From: Nemertoderma westbladi
Lineage: Eukaryota; Animalia; Xenacoelomorpha
NCBI GenBank assembly: GCA_032718475.1
Contig: JAUCBJ010008805.1
Span: 1-54,084, forward strand
Length of the DNA stretch: 54,084 bases
Reading direction: 5' to 3'
The translations under genes were made by a program, and so were the position numbers. Below the pieces are notes generated by a model. That model saw only the letters and a program-made list of their open reading frames with translations, did not search any database and was not told the DNA's origin. Positions 38,501 to 45,964 of the stretch are shown here, in pieces. Position 1 is the first letter of the stretch; every line of letters begins with the position of its first letter.

Positions 38501-41216
38501 TCTAGGTCCCTGAACAGGCAGTACTCTGTTAATCTACAGGAGCTTATAAACCAACAGGTTGATGCCATCAATGATGACAATGACACAGCAGGCAATCATC
38601 CCAGGCATGGAAATCAATAAACTCTGCTGACTGGGCAGAAAAGCCAACCAAACACCAAGGTTAAGGCAGAATCACCATCGCTTCAATGATTGGAAGGCCC
38701 ACTTTGAAAATGACACTCTTGTATTTTAAAGACCCCAAGGGGAACACCATCTACTCCACTGGCACGATTGGTCTTAATGCTCTTTGCAGAAGCCTTCAGT
38801 GGAGTAGATGGTGTACCCCCTGGGATCTTTAAAATACAATAGTGTTTATACCATCATAGTTTACATGTAGAGAATGACAAGAGACCCACATTAATTGTTG
38901 TATTGAAATAAATTGAAAAAAATTGAAAATTGAACACTCTATGGTTTTTTCGGGAATCTCATTGATCTCGATTGCTGCAAAGCTATACAATAGAATTCTA
39001 TTAAATAGTATCAGGGATCCCATTGAGAGACTGCTCCGTGTAAAGTGGAAATCAGAATGGGTTCCGGAAAGGTCGTGGGACCATGAAGCACATTCTGGCA
39101 CTTAGAACGAAAAATTGTTATCTTTATGGGGCATTGAGATGCCACCAAAATAATTGTAGGGCACCTTGCTCACATAAAATTGCGCAACCTGCAGCACCCT
39201 GCATAACATTCTGGAATATAAAGTAGTAGCCCTTTCAATGTAAATGTAATATGTGAATCTATTGAGGAAGAAAATATTTACCTAGACTCGTTAATTAAGT
39301 CAAAATTTAATATAATATGAAGATATAATAATAAATTATACATTTATATTTGTTATTTCAGGTGCCCTTATGGACTATTACAGCTTTATCAGTGAGGCCT
39401 GCATTATTTTTTCCCACAGCAAAGCCAGGTTCCCATTATACCGCTGGGTTGGCCTAAGCACTAATGTCTAAAATGTCTTGCGTAAGGACACAACGGTGAG
39501 AAATATCTACAGCCTTTAGTCGGATTCGAACCTGCGCCACCAAACACTATTGTGAAAGCATAGCAGTCAGTCGGGATATACTGTATATATAATTTCTCGA
39601 ATAAAAGAGGCCTGTATTTGCAGGCTGCAGGCAAGTTTGACGCATTAAACATGAATAAAGAATAATCAATAATCAATACACATTTGTGTTAAAAAATAAA
39701 AAGCCCGAGGTTTATATTAAGTAAAATGTATATAGAATAATACAACGTTTATAGAGTTATATTTATCGGCAGGAGTGAGTAAAAGCCCTCAACACGGAAG
39801 AGTCTCTGTTTATAATTACTTATATACGGCTACCGCAATGGAGTGAGGATGGAGTGAGATAAGATTTATCAAGAGTTAACTGATAATACTGTACTACTAC
39901 TAGGATCGGCATGCTGCATTGCAGCTGCATTTTTAAGAATGCTGTGCCGGCTTGTCAACCAAATTGCACCGCCACAACTCCCTATCACCCATGACATTTG
40001 CTAGATCATCCGCATCTTTAAGGCCAGTGTCCTTTAAGATGCGTCTCAAGTTTCAACTGATACACTCCGCTGACGAACGTGGCAGTCTAACCCACAAATA
40101 CATGTGGATGTTTCAAAGTCTCCATATATGTGACACATATACCTGAGAAAGTCGACTGGTGGTTAAAAATTTCCTGGGACCCCTATTGCGCAAAAAACAG
40201 ACATATTTCAAAATTTGGTGCTGGCACCAAAATTTGGCACCAACCAAAAAAACACGTTTGAAATTTTTTAATTAATTTATATGAGTTCCATCTAATTAAA
40301 AAAAAACCAAAAAACCGGTGTAAATCAAAAATAGAAATGTTACAAATCTTATTTCATGAAATTTAATTTAAAAAAAAACGACTCAAAAAAGTGCCAAAAG
40401 TAGGGTTAAAAAATGGTGCTATAACTCGAAAACTTCTCAATATTTTTGAAAACAGTTTTCACTATTAGGAAGGCAATAGATTTTTAGGAAAAGTCATAAA
40501 ATTTCACATTCCCAACTGTATTTGTTTCAGAGTTATATCAAGAAAAACACGGGGGGTCATATTATTGACCCCACCTCGGGGGTAATAGGGTTAAGCGACA
40601 TAGGGATCAGCGATGCTTTGTATATTCTGGAATTTCGAGAATTTCATTACTTGCCACAGCAGCGATATGGAGTATTTCTGCATATTTTCTTGAGTATATA
40701 TATTTAAAATATTCCCGTGGATATTATTAAATATTAGAAACTGAGTTGGCATGATGTCTTTGGTCCAAGCAAGATAATCTTTAAGCCAGATAGAATGTTT
40801 GCAATACAGATGGATGTGATTAAAATTATGAACTCCGTGTAGTCATTGTGATCTCAAATTTTGATCTGTTCGTTATAGAACTTTCATTATGTACGTATGA
40901 ATGGCAATGGGAGAATCGTGTAGGTGCATTATTCAAGGAATGGCTGTTCTTTCTTGTTCAGAGTTAGTGATATTCCAATATATCCGCTGCCACTACATTT
41001 AAAGTACTTTTAGCAGCTTTGGTCTAAAGAATATAGATTGTTTTTTACCCCCAAATTTACACAACTTTTATAAATACTTTACTCAGAGCGTTTAGTTCGT
41101 TCGGCATAAATCCATCAGTATCTGGAGTTACGAATGTGAGAATTACCGTAACATCTGTCTATGCAACATACAACAATGGAGCTCAGTATATTGGCTATGA
41201 TGGCTACAATGGATAA
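8358..41216 (+). CDS. Host gene, 3' part: betagamma-crystallin / FN2 / TSP1 / F5-8 type C mosaic protein, join(8358-8512,9093-9243,11732-11853,12028-12216,32701-32862,34653-34815,35454-35567,41087-41216)
   Basis: All eight exons have AG/GT boundaries and compatible phases, and splice into one stop-free frame ending TAA at 41214-41216. AATAAA at 41272. No 5' exon found in the window. Confidence 0.85.
9093..9243 (+). CDS. Host exon: betagamma-crystallin Greek key
   Basis: ttgtag|...GEAVVSC...IPDLGVYEFNNVTKSVVVSGIFPWTAY; donor AG|gtaatt. Confidence 0.8.
9268..9905. mobile_element. Non-autonomous element with ~55-65-bp subterminal inverted repeats and a (GTCY)n microsatellite (HINE/DINE-1-like or MITE)
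   Basis: 9282-9335 is an imperfect reverse complement of 9822-9875; gtgggg at 9271 pairs with ccccac at 9887; gtccgtctgtctgtc run at 9333-9376. Related copy at 44330. Confidence 0.65.
10270..11470 (-). mobile_element. Second 5'-truncated CRE-like non-LTR retrotransposon (frameshifted RLE domain)
   Basis: CEGCGEPFSTTHALNCKSGGLIIKRHDEVR, then DLLARGVW..FDIAIVNADAPSY..KKVHY..FTPLV across overlapping frames. GC-rich island between (AAT)n-rich flanks. Confidence 0.8.
11732..11853 (+). CDS. Host exon: end of crystallin domain
   Basis: tttcag|...RGVNYAGQSPVSFKPGYY..NISSIHIVCEE; donor C|gttagt. Confidence 0.78.
12028..12216 (+). CDS. Host exon: fibronectin type II domain
   Basis: tttgcag|; CRFPFIYDGTEYTDC...WCATEV...NWGYC; phase 1-1, 189 nt; donor G|gtaaag. 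Confidence 0.92.
12420..12810. repeat. Dispersed repeat split by the central Bel/Pao element (continues from 32426); uninterrupted related copy at ~43530-43900
   Basis: ggttttcctggtcgc.gaat..catttcga... and ...catatttggaatct...gctctaga|tgaaatagaaaa are shared with 43541-43880. Confidence 0.75.
12811..14690 (-). repeat. 3' LTR of family A (1880 bp)
   Basis: Direct repeat of 30538-32415, with about 8 substitutions and one 2-nt C-run indel by eye. Confidence 0.95.
14485..14573 (-). ncRNA. tRNA-like Pol III cassette in the 3' LTR (A box, B box, T6 terminator); not an intact tRNA
   Basis: Minus strand TAGCTCAGTCGGTAGAGC...GAGTTCGAATCC...TTTTTT. Confidence 0.6.
15888..19310 (-). CDS. Accessory ORF3 of family A: DEDDy (WRN/EXD/mut-7-like) 3'-5' exonuclease plus three CCHC-type zinc knuckles
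   Basis: ExoI FYDNEG (~17900); QIRAADG; LPKMVRNMILDKTVVKIGSGVREDL (ExoII, ~17630); YVDTR; QYYLAIES (ExoIII, ~17305). Knuckles CGKCGVAGHHSTKC, CGWCGDQGSHTFYTC, CTYCNIKGHRASEC (16535-16715). Confidence 0.75.
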   Translation of the reverse strand: MEKGIQGEPRWGYDIQEEAAAPFERFGAKDYTIFGIKELSESTAKLARTKYDSNVLKRRQNALNERIESLRKTFNELYPYDALCDTGDISEDPDTEISRLYHTMQYLKAHEPMPAVRDEFDGMHLYRRTRGDDRETKEAFSVYKLYYQCGSCMREQRNAIPMRLNKENPEPILARCSNHQQLRYQEGGYPLSNPYHSFAMTGPKAGETVVYPPKIVEPDVFELTLDEANQSTREKKEALSLYKAYKAFEKGEMEEWGGRLASLPYHWTSHDQTPAKEMTPEVFESINFAQNVIQRLQIASPERTREMQPYSTSTTKPLSTTLNFPISIPVRQDTTYEIPIVDHPEIISNLEFLPAVVFSDMSKIYDLRRHITQKVVYNVPPHIQDFKELDRAGADIAPSNLKGYLTKTIRLWIGTGTFESDTDIAADWRGKVIRFEDDKDIEKIWQPSEELLDEWNRTFRSFQENGYMFYDNEGGSHQQSLTSKTIQIRAADGVLHVFSSQRSDKRMPIPPANTKRHHLITDIVKKMDQACNIDARMLPKMVRNMILDKTVVKIGSGVREDLINDFAGMTDSDDRLPTPYVDTRPLILWSIEQGYFREYNTQKTGTGYISYLLFNWDYKESKRTKYIETYGEGDTPDMSEFESQLKWRGCVYWAITSPPRAVLQYYLAIESSVNVCLIADIVSRTLKRHPLCLGEDHTFYMEGRIHTDVFRRFLEPFYNSDAQCNAFTRAGFSIFRDVYLRCAGSLIERPSMFILLPYEGERIVEITDESRQTRAPIGHLGDDFEVTTTITDDPLEELLEIERNLPKKSQTEIRQLEATDAIVCIQPSETYQPIDPDDYDYSVGGSVRPIGDLIYERVWYPANTMCGKCGVAGHHSTKCSGKHITTTQLICGWCGDQGSHTFYTCWRFMAQCTYCNIKGHRASECQLRDIPYEHESVKLVRKLFDEWEDLADEHVSAQRRRFPMRAHLGFWAVNPQTMMSEGYISAMPQYDELIEVVDILPHDSGFRVVREYLLQIHPDNKNTWNFQKVVNRITYGEFDRFRTEKRNKGAWLTVAWAYRAAFYHKRIRASVFEVLEATNIPATPVAPSARHPRENGQGRIIRVQKVGQQLKKSINIEERKGAEPTIRITRDTGYGYGIAS
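19342..19544 (-). promoter_or_regulatory. Putative intron and splice acceptor just upstream of ORF3
   Basis: Donor AAG|GTGAGT at 19544; branch CTAAC at ~19370; TTGTATTCCCTCTAG acceptor ending at 19342, ~30 nt before the ATG at 19310. Confidence 0.5.
19969..22194 (-). pseudogene. Integrase region of family A: one frame with two in-frame stops (21307-21309 TGA, 20938-20940 TAA)
   Basis: SWTNACRKLAWIVRF linker; HLHLKHAG...CIIC zinc finger; GIDCFGP, SDQG and VWERLI (D,D,E); C-terminal GDHVLL..W..G.I...DG..RTV. ORFs 22089, 21246 and 20820 share one frame. Confidence 0.9.
23171..29728 (-). CDS. gag-pol: Gag-protease-RT-RNase H polyprotein of family A (2185 aa, ends before integrase)
   Basis: Coiled-coil AAAELERQT repeats; PKFSG..W..F capsid region; three Cys/His knuckles; ILDSAS protease; YYLPHH..KVRVV, DVEAMFHQV, FYVDD RT; FSDAS..PRAEL..WTDA..NPAD RNase H. 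Confidence 0.95.
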   Translation of the reverse strand: MSDKQDYTKNTPTDYDSCDADKSAAEELQGKTREPTEPTPCASPVHPTGVPDAVVRGDGRTEDFLTVPQPRYRETDMVSSVGSTESVVRSVGGYMAHITRSIGEGQRILDELTAPMSRFEFYTLQVRVQSKVHKSVDNLIGLQDLARQRQDMDTQLRILEKLMIAREKLIQFKSTIRQIQQEQADQLLGESVSDELLQPEEEQELYRLDGQLKHLTDHLRMCGEDVGDLETVPEYTRETSPVRIESAPGILDQLLVSIRSEIGEGSMVTSEVARQQQQFYRQQHEMEEQTQLLMIQAAVEEEKIRVANVARISHLQEQAELEAAEMERLELDIAQQAAAAELAQRTAAAELERQTAVAAAELERQTVAAELAQRTAAAELERQTAAAELERQTAAAELERKRLVSEARVEMKTRQIKAQSAIRQAEFEAQQQQTEQREKEVKLRFELEKKARELAEAKENLDLLARDRSMRSRDGHDLDQIEVRHRQIQERMKEGSIGAPGRERQLVKDLCQRFPQVTPMFAPVTTKEPVSIAGSSDISPIHGATEHRLVIPDKFIPSRATSSPILKVKVSNPPITDRSSLLTGPALLTTKQVSPPSTPKLVTHYTYPMTFRPTRPLDSNAVVQPPFNQFTSQSTTSRKTCEPTEQRRTVDTRPFNQFTSQSTTSRKTCEPTEQRRSVDDVPKRNIRIRMTQRTRARRPPYPDDSSTSSESDYPKREVFRTGAADEYKRERSDNSFVDNPPQNTPTQKVLQPTDAISTQQFADILRPVVNKLAQIEERLEEAQTDSSRNTEFEHNRYPKEPQRTIPSKNTAYQGKAPRRDINQITNQGRETLNVAEEIAKFAARQGLPVQQPPKFSGSSKHWHTFVDYIESQIAVCAFTSREKFNYLLQTLSGEPKRLAETFVGVPDAFELAYDRLTSIYGGTVSMARSVIEELCKGGAITKPVDLLKLADEIKNAITTLRSIGQLDYGNTPTVLLKIIGRLHHRLRREWRKIEYQREERGGFLKLEDVYLLISREAVVETRSNYTDQHIVAEGITLPSSNRQKPQTTSTKTATYATSTETRQFSDGSRVSAPIGIKQTRQQLSTDFSGCQYCEHLGKRYIGHKLRGCRQFRELNSEERRLQIRPLDSCWRCTRHGHVRKDCPNTDTCPSCGRNHDGLLHPDSHTPTKRFAREHPEAAAKCNTAYKNRESKTTPTFVTHIKDCFSEQSGSSDEESEDDDVYSDGDEQPSIALLTTDQLKGFSVIPIKITGTKGSKRIYAILDSASSHSYMDEQIADVVTDLRQGKHVSYTVSSMHGQRAIPVTRVKLNLDTLLPKSQHSEKERSLLPFKDLTFAATKDFSNLLGPVPEQSLEDRKYFRHLGVPECPVNYRSVAMLIGTDQFNLHQVWETRPSAVVAGNAYACRTPIGWYTRAPVRTLDISDEEDDIQSTCSLLTTTSTHSFSHDVDYTTLHTKHDRRVTSMISHKEQLIHQVSLELGEKTSQPEIPSTTDDNAGRLASPPTPITSTIPVDINDDALRNHQVEQAALDKELTEKTIRWLEQDTAEPGSYEPCMSEQEKQSLKIMEDTIRQTKDGHYEVGMLWRSQSPKLINNYPLALRRLHSIRQRLLKDEKAHLQYNTQMETYLTKGYAIRMTNPEIVTDQTYYLPHHYVRHPNKPDKVRVVNDCAALFEGMSLNSELMDGPNMNNYLMGVIMRFRQRQVAFTCDVEAMFHQVRALERDRDSLRFLWYPEGDLSLPPATYQMQVRVFGARDSPNCTMYALKQAARDQKHIYDPEIIKIVECDFYVDDGLQSCDTVERAITVAHQLRDCLEGGGFNLTKFASNSAELVDSFGTTERGGGDIDLEFEPLPTTKVLGLFWDPNTDNFRVKVRLDSQENTLTKRSCLSKLSRLFDPLGFISPIILQARIYMRSIWKDGLTWDEPISSDQVDLWKTWEAELSSLEDYSIPRVYFPLQTTFPDNLELHCFSDASDNGFGVAAYLRRQVDSEEFDVSLITSKAKTMPTKYMTTPRAELQAATLSTTIVNLIQTELQSSLQIFYWTDATLVLFYINNDTLEIKTFVANRRAEILDRSIKEDWRHCPGPQNPADIASRGMMPEEFCKPENKEFWQHGPQFLQGSIQHWPPLYDNKSNTIPKDAEIKKPKKGKAKKKTAAKLKKKPKAKWKDITSKVKNGRLASLSTPDTLPDGT
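27693..27852. repeat. 84-bp in-frame tandem duplication in gag
   Basis: PFNQFTSQSTTSRKTCEPTEQRR occurs twice. Confidence 0.9.
29814..29938 (-). promoter_or_regulatory. Three stem-loop repeats in the leader upstream of gag
   Basis: TAAAATTRGCC-(4-5 nt)-GGCCRATTTTA at 29814, 29853 and 29911. Confidence 0.6.
31890..32141 (-). promoter_or_regulatory. LTR Pol II promoter and polyA signal
   Basis: Four CCAAT boxes (attgg at ~32056, 32077, 32108, 32137), TATATAAA at 32013-32006, Inr-like TCATTAGTT ~15-25 nt downstream, AATAAA at 31895-31890. Confidence 0.6.
32210..32298 (-). ncRNA. tRNA-like Pol III cassette in the 5' LTR U3
   Basis: Same as 14485-14573. D-stem GCTC/GAGC intact; acceptor and anticodon stems unpaired. 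Confidence 0.6.
32701..32862 (+). CDS. Host exon: thrombospondin type-1 repeat
   Basis: ttttttag|; VDGGWGEWSSWS...RRLCDNPTPSPSGEPCNG; phase 1-1; donor CAG|gtatgc. Confidence 0.9.
34653..34815 (+). CDS. Host exon: F5/8 type C (discoidin-like) domain, N-terminal part
   Basis: tttgtag|; CSASSIFDSNFACTQAM...WAT..QGVNSWYITYF..AKTIT; donor CG|gttggt. Confidence 0.8.
35454..35567 (+). CDS. Host exon: F5/8 type C domain, middle part
   Basis: ttgcag|; RLYYQHRTT...ERNKGISVLFNTGDIRYFTLPNS; donor CT|gttagt; phases fit both neighbours. Confidence 0.72.
36060..36450 (-). mobile_element. Decayed RTE-like LINE 3' fragment
   Basis: Reverse translation gives ..GFA*HSVHPDDQPVQKLVLWRP..GQPMTFLRRLLK. Similar ends at ~39920-40080 and 42150-42530. 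Confidence 0.5.
37100..39105 (+). mobile_element. Decayed RTE-like LINE: AP endonuclease and start of RT
   Basis: VGVQEHR..GIGLLI..ISNRII..CYSPT..LGDF..WTH..SQLDHIL..SDRRLIVAKV; GISLISIAAKLYNRILL at 38950. Confidence 0.8.
38713..38845. mobile_element. Short foldback/MITE (~48-bp arms, ~35-bp spacer) within the LINE
   Basis: acactcttgtattttaaagaccccaagggg.acaccatctactccactg versus cagtggagtagatggtgtaccccctgggatctttaaaatacaatagtgt. Confidence 0.65.
39380..39560 (-). mobile_element. tRNA-derived SINE remnant
   Basis: B box GGTTCGAATCC at ~39522-39533, followed by TGTCCTTACGCAAGACATT and CCCAGCGGTATAATGGGAACC, which resemble conserved central domains of metazoan SINEs. Confidence 0.55.
41087..41216 (+). 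CDS. Host terminal coding exon: end of F5/8 type C domain
   Basis: tttactcag|; AFSSFGINPSVSGVTNVRITVTSVYATYNNGAQYIGYDGYNG*; AATAAA at 41272. Confidence 0.78.
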
Positions 41217-42149
41217 AGTTTAACAGGTTGGCAACTCAAATCGCATTATTATTAATTTATTTATTTATTATAATAAAAACTGCAGACGCCCACTCTGTTT
41301 CTCCCTCTTACATAAAAATGTGTTTTTTGAAATTTGGGCTAAACTGCTGAATTTTGGCACCACATATCACCGGCAAGTTATAGGATAACAGTCAAACATC
41401 TGGAGACGACTTTCAAAATGTTTAAGTCATGTAAATCAGTATTTTACAATACTGTAAACAAGTTACCTACTGTACCTGTATTATGTTAAATGCCGATTAA
41501 TTCTTAATTCATTTTTTAGCCCAATTCTCAATTCATTTTTTAGCCCAATTCTTAATTCATTTTTTAGCCCAATTCTTAAACCCAGTTCATTGTTCGTTTT
41601 ACACATTTTATTTTCAGAGCAAAGCTAATGGATGGCTCGCGTCTTAAACTGGAGACGAAGATATTTATGTCTACCATTTCATTAATTCTACCCATTCAGA
41701 TTCTACAGTATTATCTACCCATTAATCGACTGTAATAATATAAGTTATCAACAATGGTGAAAGGAAATAATACAGAACATTTTCATATATTTCACTAACA
41801 CTGAATGTATCTCTAATTATATTACTGTAGATTTCACTCAGCACTTTATCCACCCCAACTTACCCGAGTTCTCTGTAAATATATTTTATTGAATTACAAT
41901 AATATGTTGCGGTACTGAGTACCTTAGAGACAGAACAACATAGAACATCAAAATGGCTTGATGCAAGATGGCGATAAATTCTAGAGTCGAATATTGGTCC
42001 ACTAACAACTTATTGGAGAACTATAACAACCATACTACTACTACTACGTACTATAATCGGCCTACTGCATTGAAACTGCACATTGAGATGCTATGCCGGA
42101 TTAACAAAATATTTTGTCATCACCATGCAATCCATAATTGGCAAGCCCA

Positions 42150-42530
42150 ATGCAGCGTGAATTAAGAATGCTATGCCGCTTGTCAACAAAGTTGCACTAT
42201 CACAACTCCTTATCCCCCATGACTATCGCGAGATTATCAGCATCTTCAAGGCTAGTGTCCTTACAAGACGTCTCACGAAAGACATGGGCTTGTCCACCAT
42301 GCTTAGTCACTCTTTGAGGCTGCCAAGGCACAAGATCGTGCACAAGATTGTTCTTGACACAACGAATCCGCCGTAGCATTCTTGTGAAATCGTGTGCATT
42401 CTGGTGTCATCAGCAGTTAGAGCCCAGCATGGACTCCTATAGAGGAGTACTGGAACTACTGCTGCTCTAAATAATCGGACCTTACAGTAAGTTTCCGATT
42501 AATTATGTGTGACTTCCAAATCCTGGAAAA
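42150..42530 (-). mobile_element. RTE-like LINE 3' fragment
   Basis: FSRIWKSHIINRK(L)KVRLFRAAVVPVLLY on the minus strand; 3' part matches 39920-40080. Confidence 0.6.
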
Positions 42531-44616
42531 ACCTTTTTAATTTAATATATAATTGAATAGAACAACAAACCACAAAACATTAAAGTATATATCAGACTAA
42601 ACCAAACCCACCACACAAAACCAAGTCATGAAAATTATGTGATTGTTCTATCTCTTGTGACAAAAACTTGGAGGCAAAACAACCCACGTAACTAAGAAGG
42701 AAGTGTTATGTTAATTTTTATTTGTTGTTCTGCTTCTATGAAAAATAACAATAAAACAGCCCCTATTTTAATAATTACTGATTGTGTCTTCCCAGACTTC
42801 CCTGCAAAAAATTAGATATGTAATTTAATGGGTTCAATTTATCAAAAAAAATTGAGACACTGAAGGGAATTAGTGATTGGTTATTTTCTCCAAACGACCT
42901 TTTTTAATTGGTGTGTTTGTTGTTCTGGCTCTATGGTCACGATTTTTAATAATATATTAATGGAGTTTTATTTGATAAAGGGGTTAAATTACAAACAATA
43001 TAATTATATCTGGACACACCACCAAACGTAGCAAGGACGCTTTGTGTTGTGCTAATATATTAAAATTATGTAGTTGTAAAACAATTACATTAACTACATC
43101 ACATAATAAATAGTAAGTATTTATTATGTGATGTGGTAATGTAATTGTTTTGATCAGGAATGAAAAATATGCAGCAGCACGTCAGCGGGAGTAGAACCAG
43201 CGCTATACGTACGTTTCGTTCCGTTTCGTTTCGTTTCGTTACGTTTGTTTCAACGAGTAAGGTCAACGATTTTGAACATTTCTTCGGCGAAGATTGCGAC
43301 ATTTCGCAAACGTCGCGATTTTTGAGAAGATTGCGAAAATCGCGAAATTTCGCAAACGTCGCGCGCTTCGCGAAATTTTGTGTTTACCAATATCCCATCT
43401 AGCGAATTAATATCGCGCCTCAACAATCTGTCCGTTAAATATAAGAGAAGGAAACACCATTTTAAAAAAAAAGTTTAAAAAAAGCTAAAAGTTAAAATAG
43501 ATAAAATAGTTAAAATAAAAGCTAAAAGTTTAGTTATAGTGGTTTTCCTGGTCGCAGAATTCATTTCGAATGTCAGATTTAACATTTGCTGACTTCCAAA
43601 TTGTCTGTTTGGCTGTCGGTTATATTTTGACGGAAAGACTGACCGAGGCTAAATTTGAATAATAGAAATGAAGTCACCCACACCGAAAACCCATATACTG
43701 TAGGGAATTTTTTAGACAGATAGTGTGCTTATAATAATTGACGGACAGACATACTGACGGGTAGACCGACCGTAAAACGGACAGACAGTCATATCTCAAG
43801 AAGTAAGATAGATTTGATTAAACGATTTTCATATTTGGAATCTATTTAAAAATGAGCTCTAGATGAAATAGAAAAAAAAATTGAAAAAAATGTATCAAAA
43901 TTGCAGATAGGGGGGGGGGGGGGGGGGGGGGACTGGACGCAATAAAATTCCATCCTTCTCCAGGGGAAATTCGACACAAAAATACTGAAGCTATACTGGT
44001 TTTCGAGGTCAACGATCACGATACAACTCGTATAAAATTATGTGATAATTCTGTTATAATTGTCTGAAGGGACGGCAAAAATCGAATTTGGTTGGATAAT
44101 ACGATATTTATGATGTCGTAGCGTGATCAGCGTCCCAGAAAACCCATAATGTCTAAAAATCAGGTTGATTTGGTCATAATTGTTGATAAATTTGTGCTAC
44201 TTGTATTTATCGTGCCGCACATTGACGCGTATCCAAAAATGCCCTAATCAACAATGTACGATATAAAGGAATTTATACAATATTCGAGCTCCGATGTTTT
44301 ACAGTATTGGCTTACAATATCTTCTACAGTATGTGGGGCGAGCCACGAAGTGAGCGAAGCATTAGCATATGGGTGCCGTTGTCTGTCGTCGTCGTCGTCG
44401 GAAATTTTTGTTCGCTAATAACTCGGTTATTCCTTGATGAAATTAAACTAAACTTGGTATGTATGTAGTCCGTCAAAAGTTTAGAAAGAATCTGAAGTTT
44501 GGTAAAACAGGAACAAACGCAACGAGTTTACAGTGGATACGAGTATCCATCTGCCATAAATCAGCAGTTATAAAGTTAGTAATAGTAATAGTAGTTACAA
44601 TAGTTATAATAATAAT

Positions 44617-45642
44617 TAGGGGTGTGCCGTACATCCGGCCGGGCCGGAATTCCGGCCGGATTTTGAGAAAAAAGTCAGGTTCCGGGTCCGGCCGGATTTC
44701 AATTTTTTGGCCGGATTTCCATTTCAACAAATTGTTAACAAAATTTACAATTAATATAAATTTTCCAAAAAAACATCAAAATAAATTTTCTTTCAAATTC
44801 AAAAAAATTTAAACATAAGCAAATACATTAGAATAGTGAGGAATACAATACAATTTTTTTGATAGTTTGTATCATCTTCATTATTCATTCTATGAACTAC
44901 GATAAAGTCTAAAACAGAGCTATCATTTTATGACTATCTACATGCTGAGCTGACTGACTACTTTTTTGCCAAGAATATTTGTATTTGGTTGGGCTCAGCC
45001 TCACTAGCACTTTATGAATTAGTACAAGTATGCCCAGGCCATATAGGGTGAGTGAGGGAGACTAGTATGCCCAGGCCATATAGGGTGAGTGAGGGAGACT
45101 AGTATGCCCAGGCCATAAAGGGTGAGTGAGGGAGACTAGTATGCCCAGGCCATATAGGGTGAGTGAGGGAGACTAGTATGCCCAGGCCATATAGGGTGAG
45201 TGAGGGAGACTAGTAGTGCCCAGGCCATATACTAATTATAACTAGTCAATAATTATTATATTGTCCGAGCGCGCAAGCGTTGCTGTTTGCTCTAGGTATT
45301 GTTATAAATTGAGATTAAGCTTACCGCCGTGAATGACCAGTATATTCGATGGGCAATTTAGAAATTCTAGTAAGTCCAATAACTCAGATAGTATAAAAAA
45401 ACTACACCTACTGTATTATTACTTCATTCTATTTTTCAATTTTCACTGTATTTAATTTAATTTTCATATTTTACATTTAAAAACATCAAATCAATCCATT
45501 GGGCCTATATCAAATTAGCAAATATCAAATCAGCGTAGGGTGTGGTGCAAATAGTTATGGTGATATATAAAAAAAAATTTTACAAATCCGGCTCCGCTTC
45601 CGGTCTGGCCGGTTTGAAAAAGGTCAATCCGGCACATCCCTA
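44617..45642. mobile_element. Non-autonomous hAT-type DNA transposon
   Basis: TIRs TAGGGGTGTGCCG...CGGCACATCCCTA; 8-bp TSD ATAATAAT (44609-44616, 45643-45650); subterminal CCGG repeats. Confidence 0.8.
45027..45231. repeat. 37-bp minisatellite, ~5.5 copies
   Basis: Unit agtatgcccaggccatatagggtgagtgagggagact. Confidence 0.95.
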
Positions 45643-45964
45643 ATAATAATAATAGTTATAAAGGTCGTTAGTCTCCGTTTAGGAAAATTATTTTAAGACA
45701 AAACAGGACGAGCGCAACGAGGCTAATAAAGGAGAAGAGTATTGTAAATAATATTATATTATATTAAATAGCCCTAGTTAGAAGGTTTACAAATGACAGT
45801 TAAAGTGTGTAAGTGTATAAGGGCAAACTAAAATGGATCTCTATTTTTACAACTAGTTCATCAGAAACTGATAGCATCGCCTTCACTCATATATATTTGG
45901 GGAAAGACGGTTTTTGTATATCTAATAGAGATTAGTATAATGTACTCTTTAATATAACCATTCG

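Noticed and set aside
40160-40575. piggyBac-like remnant ending AGGGTTAA
   Set aside because: Only one candidate end seen, with no matching TIR or coding trace.
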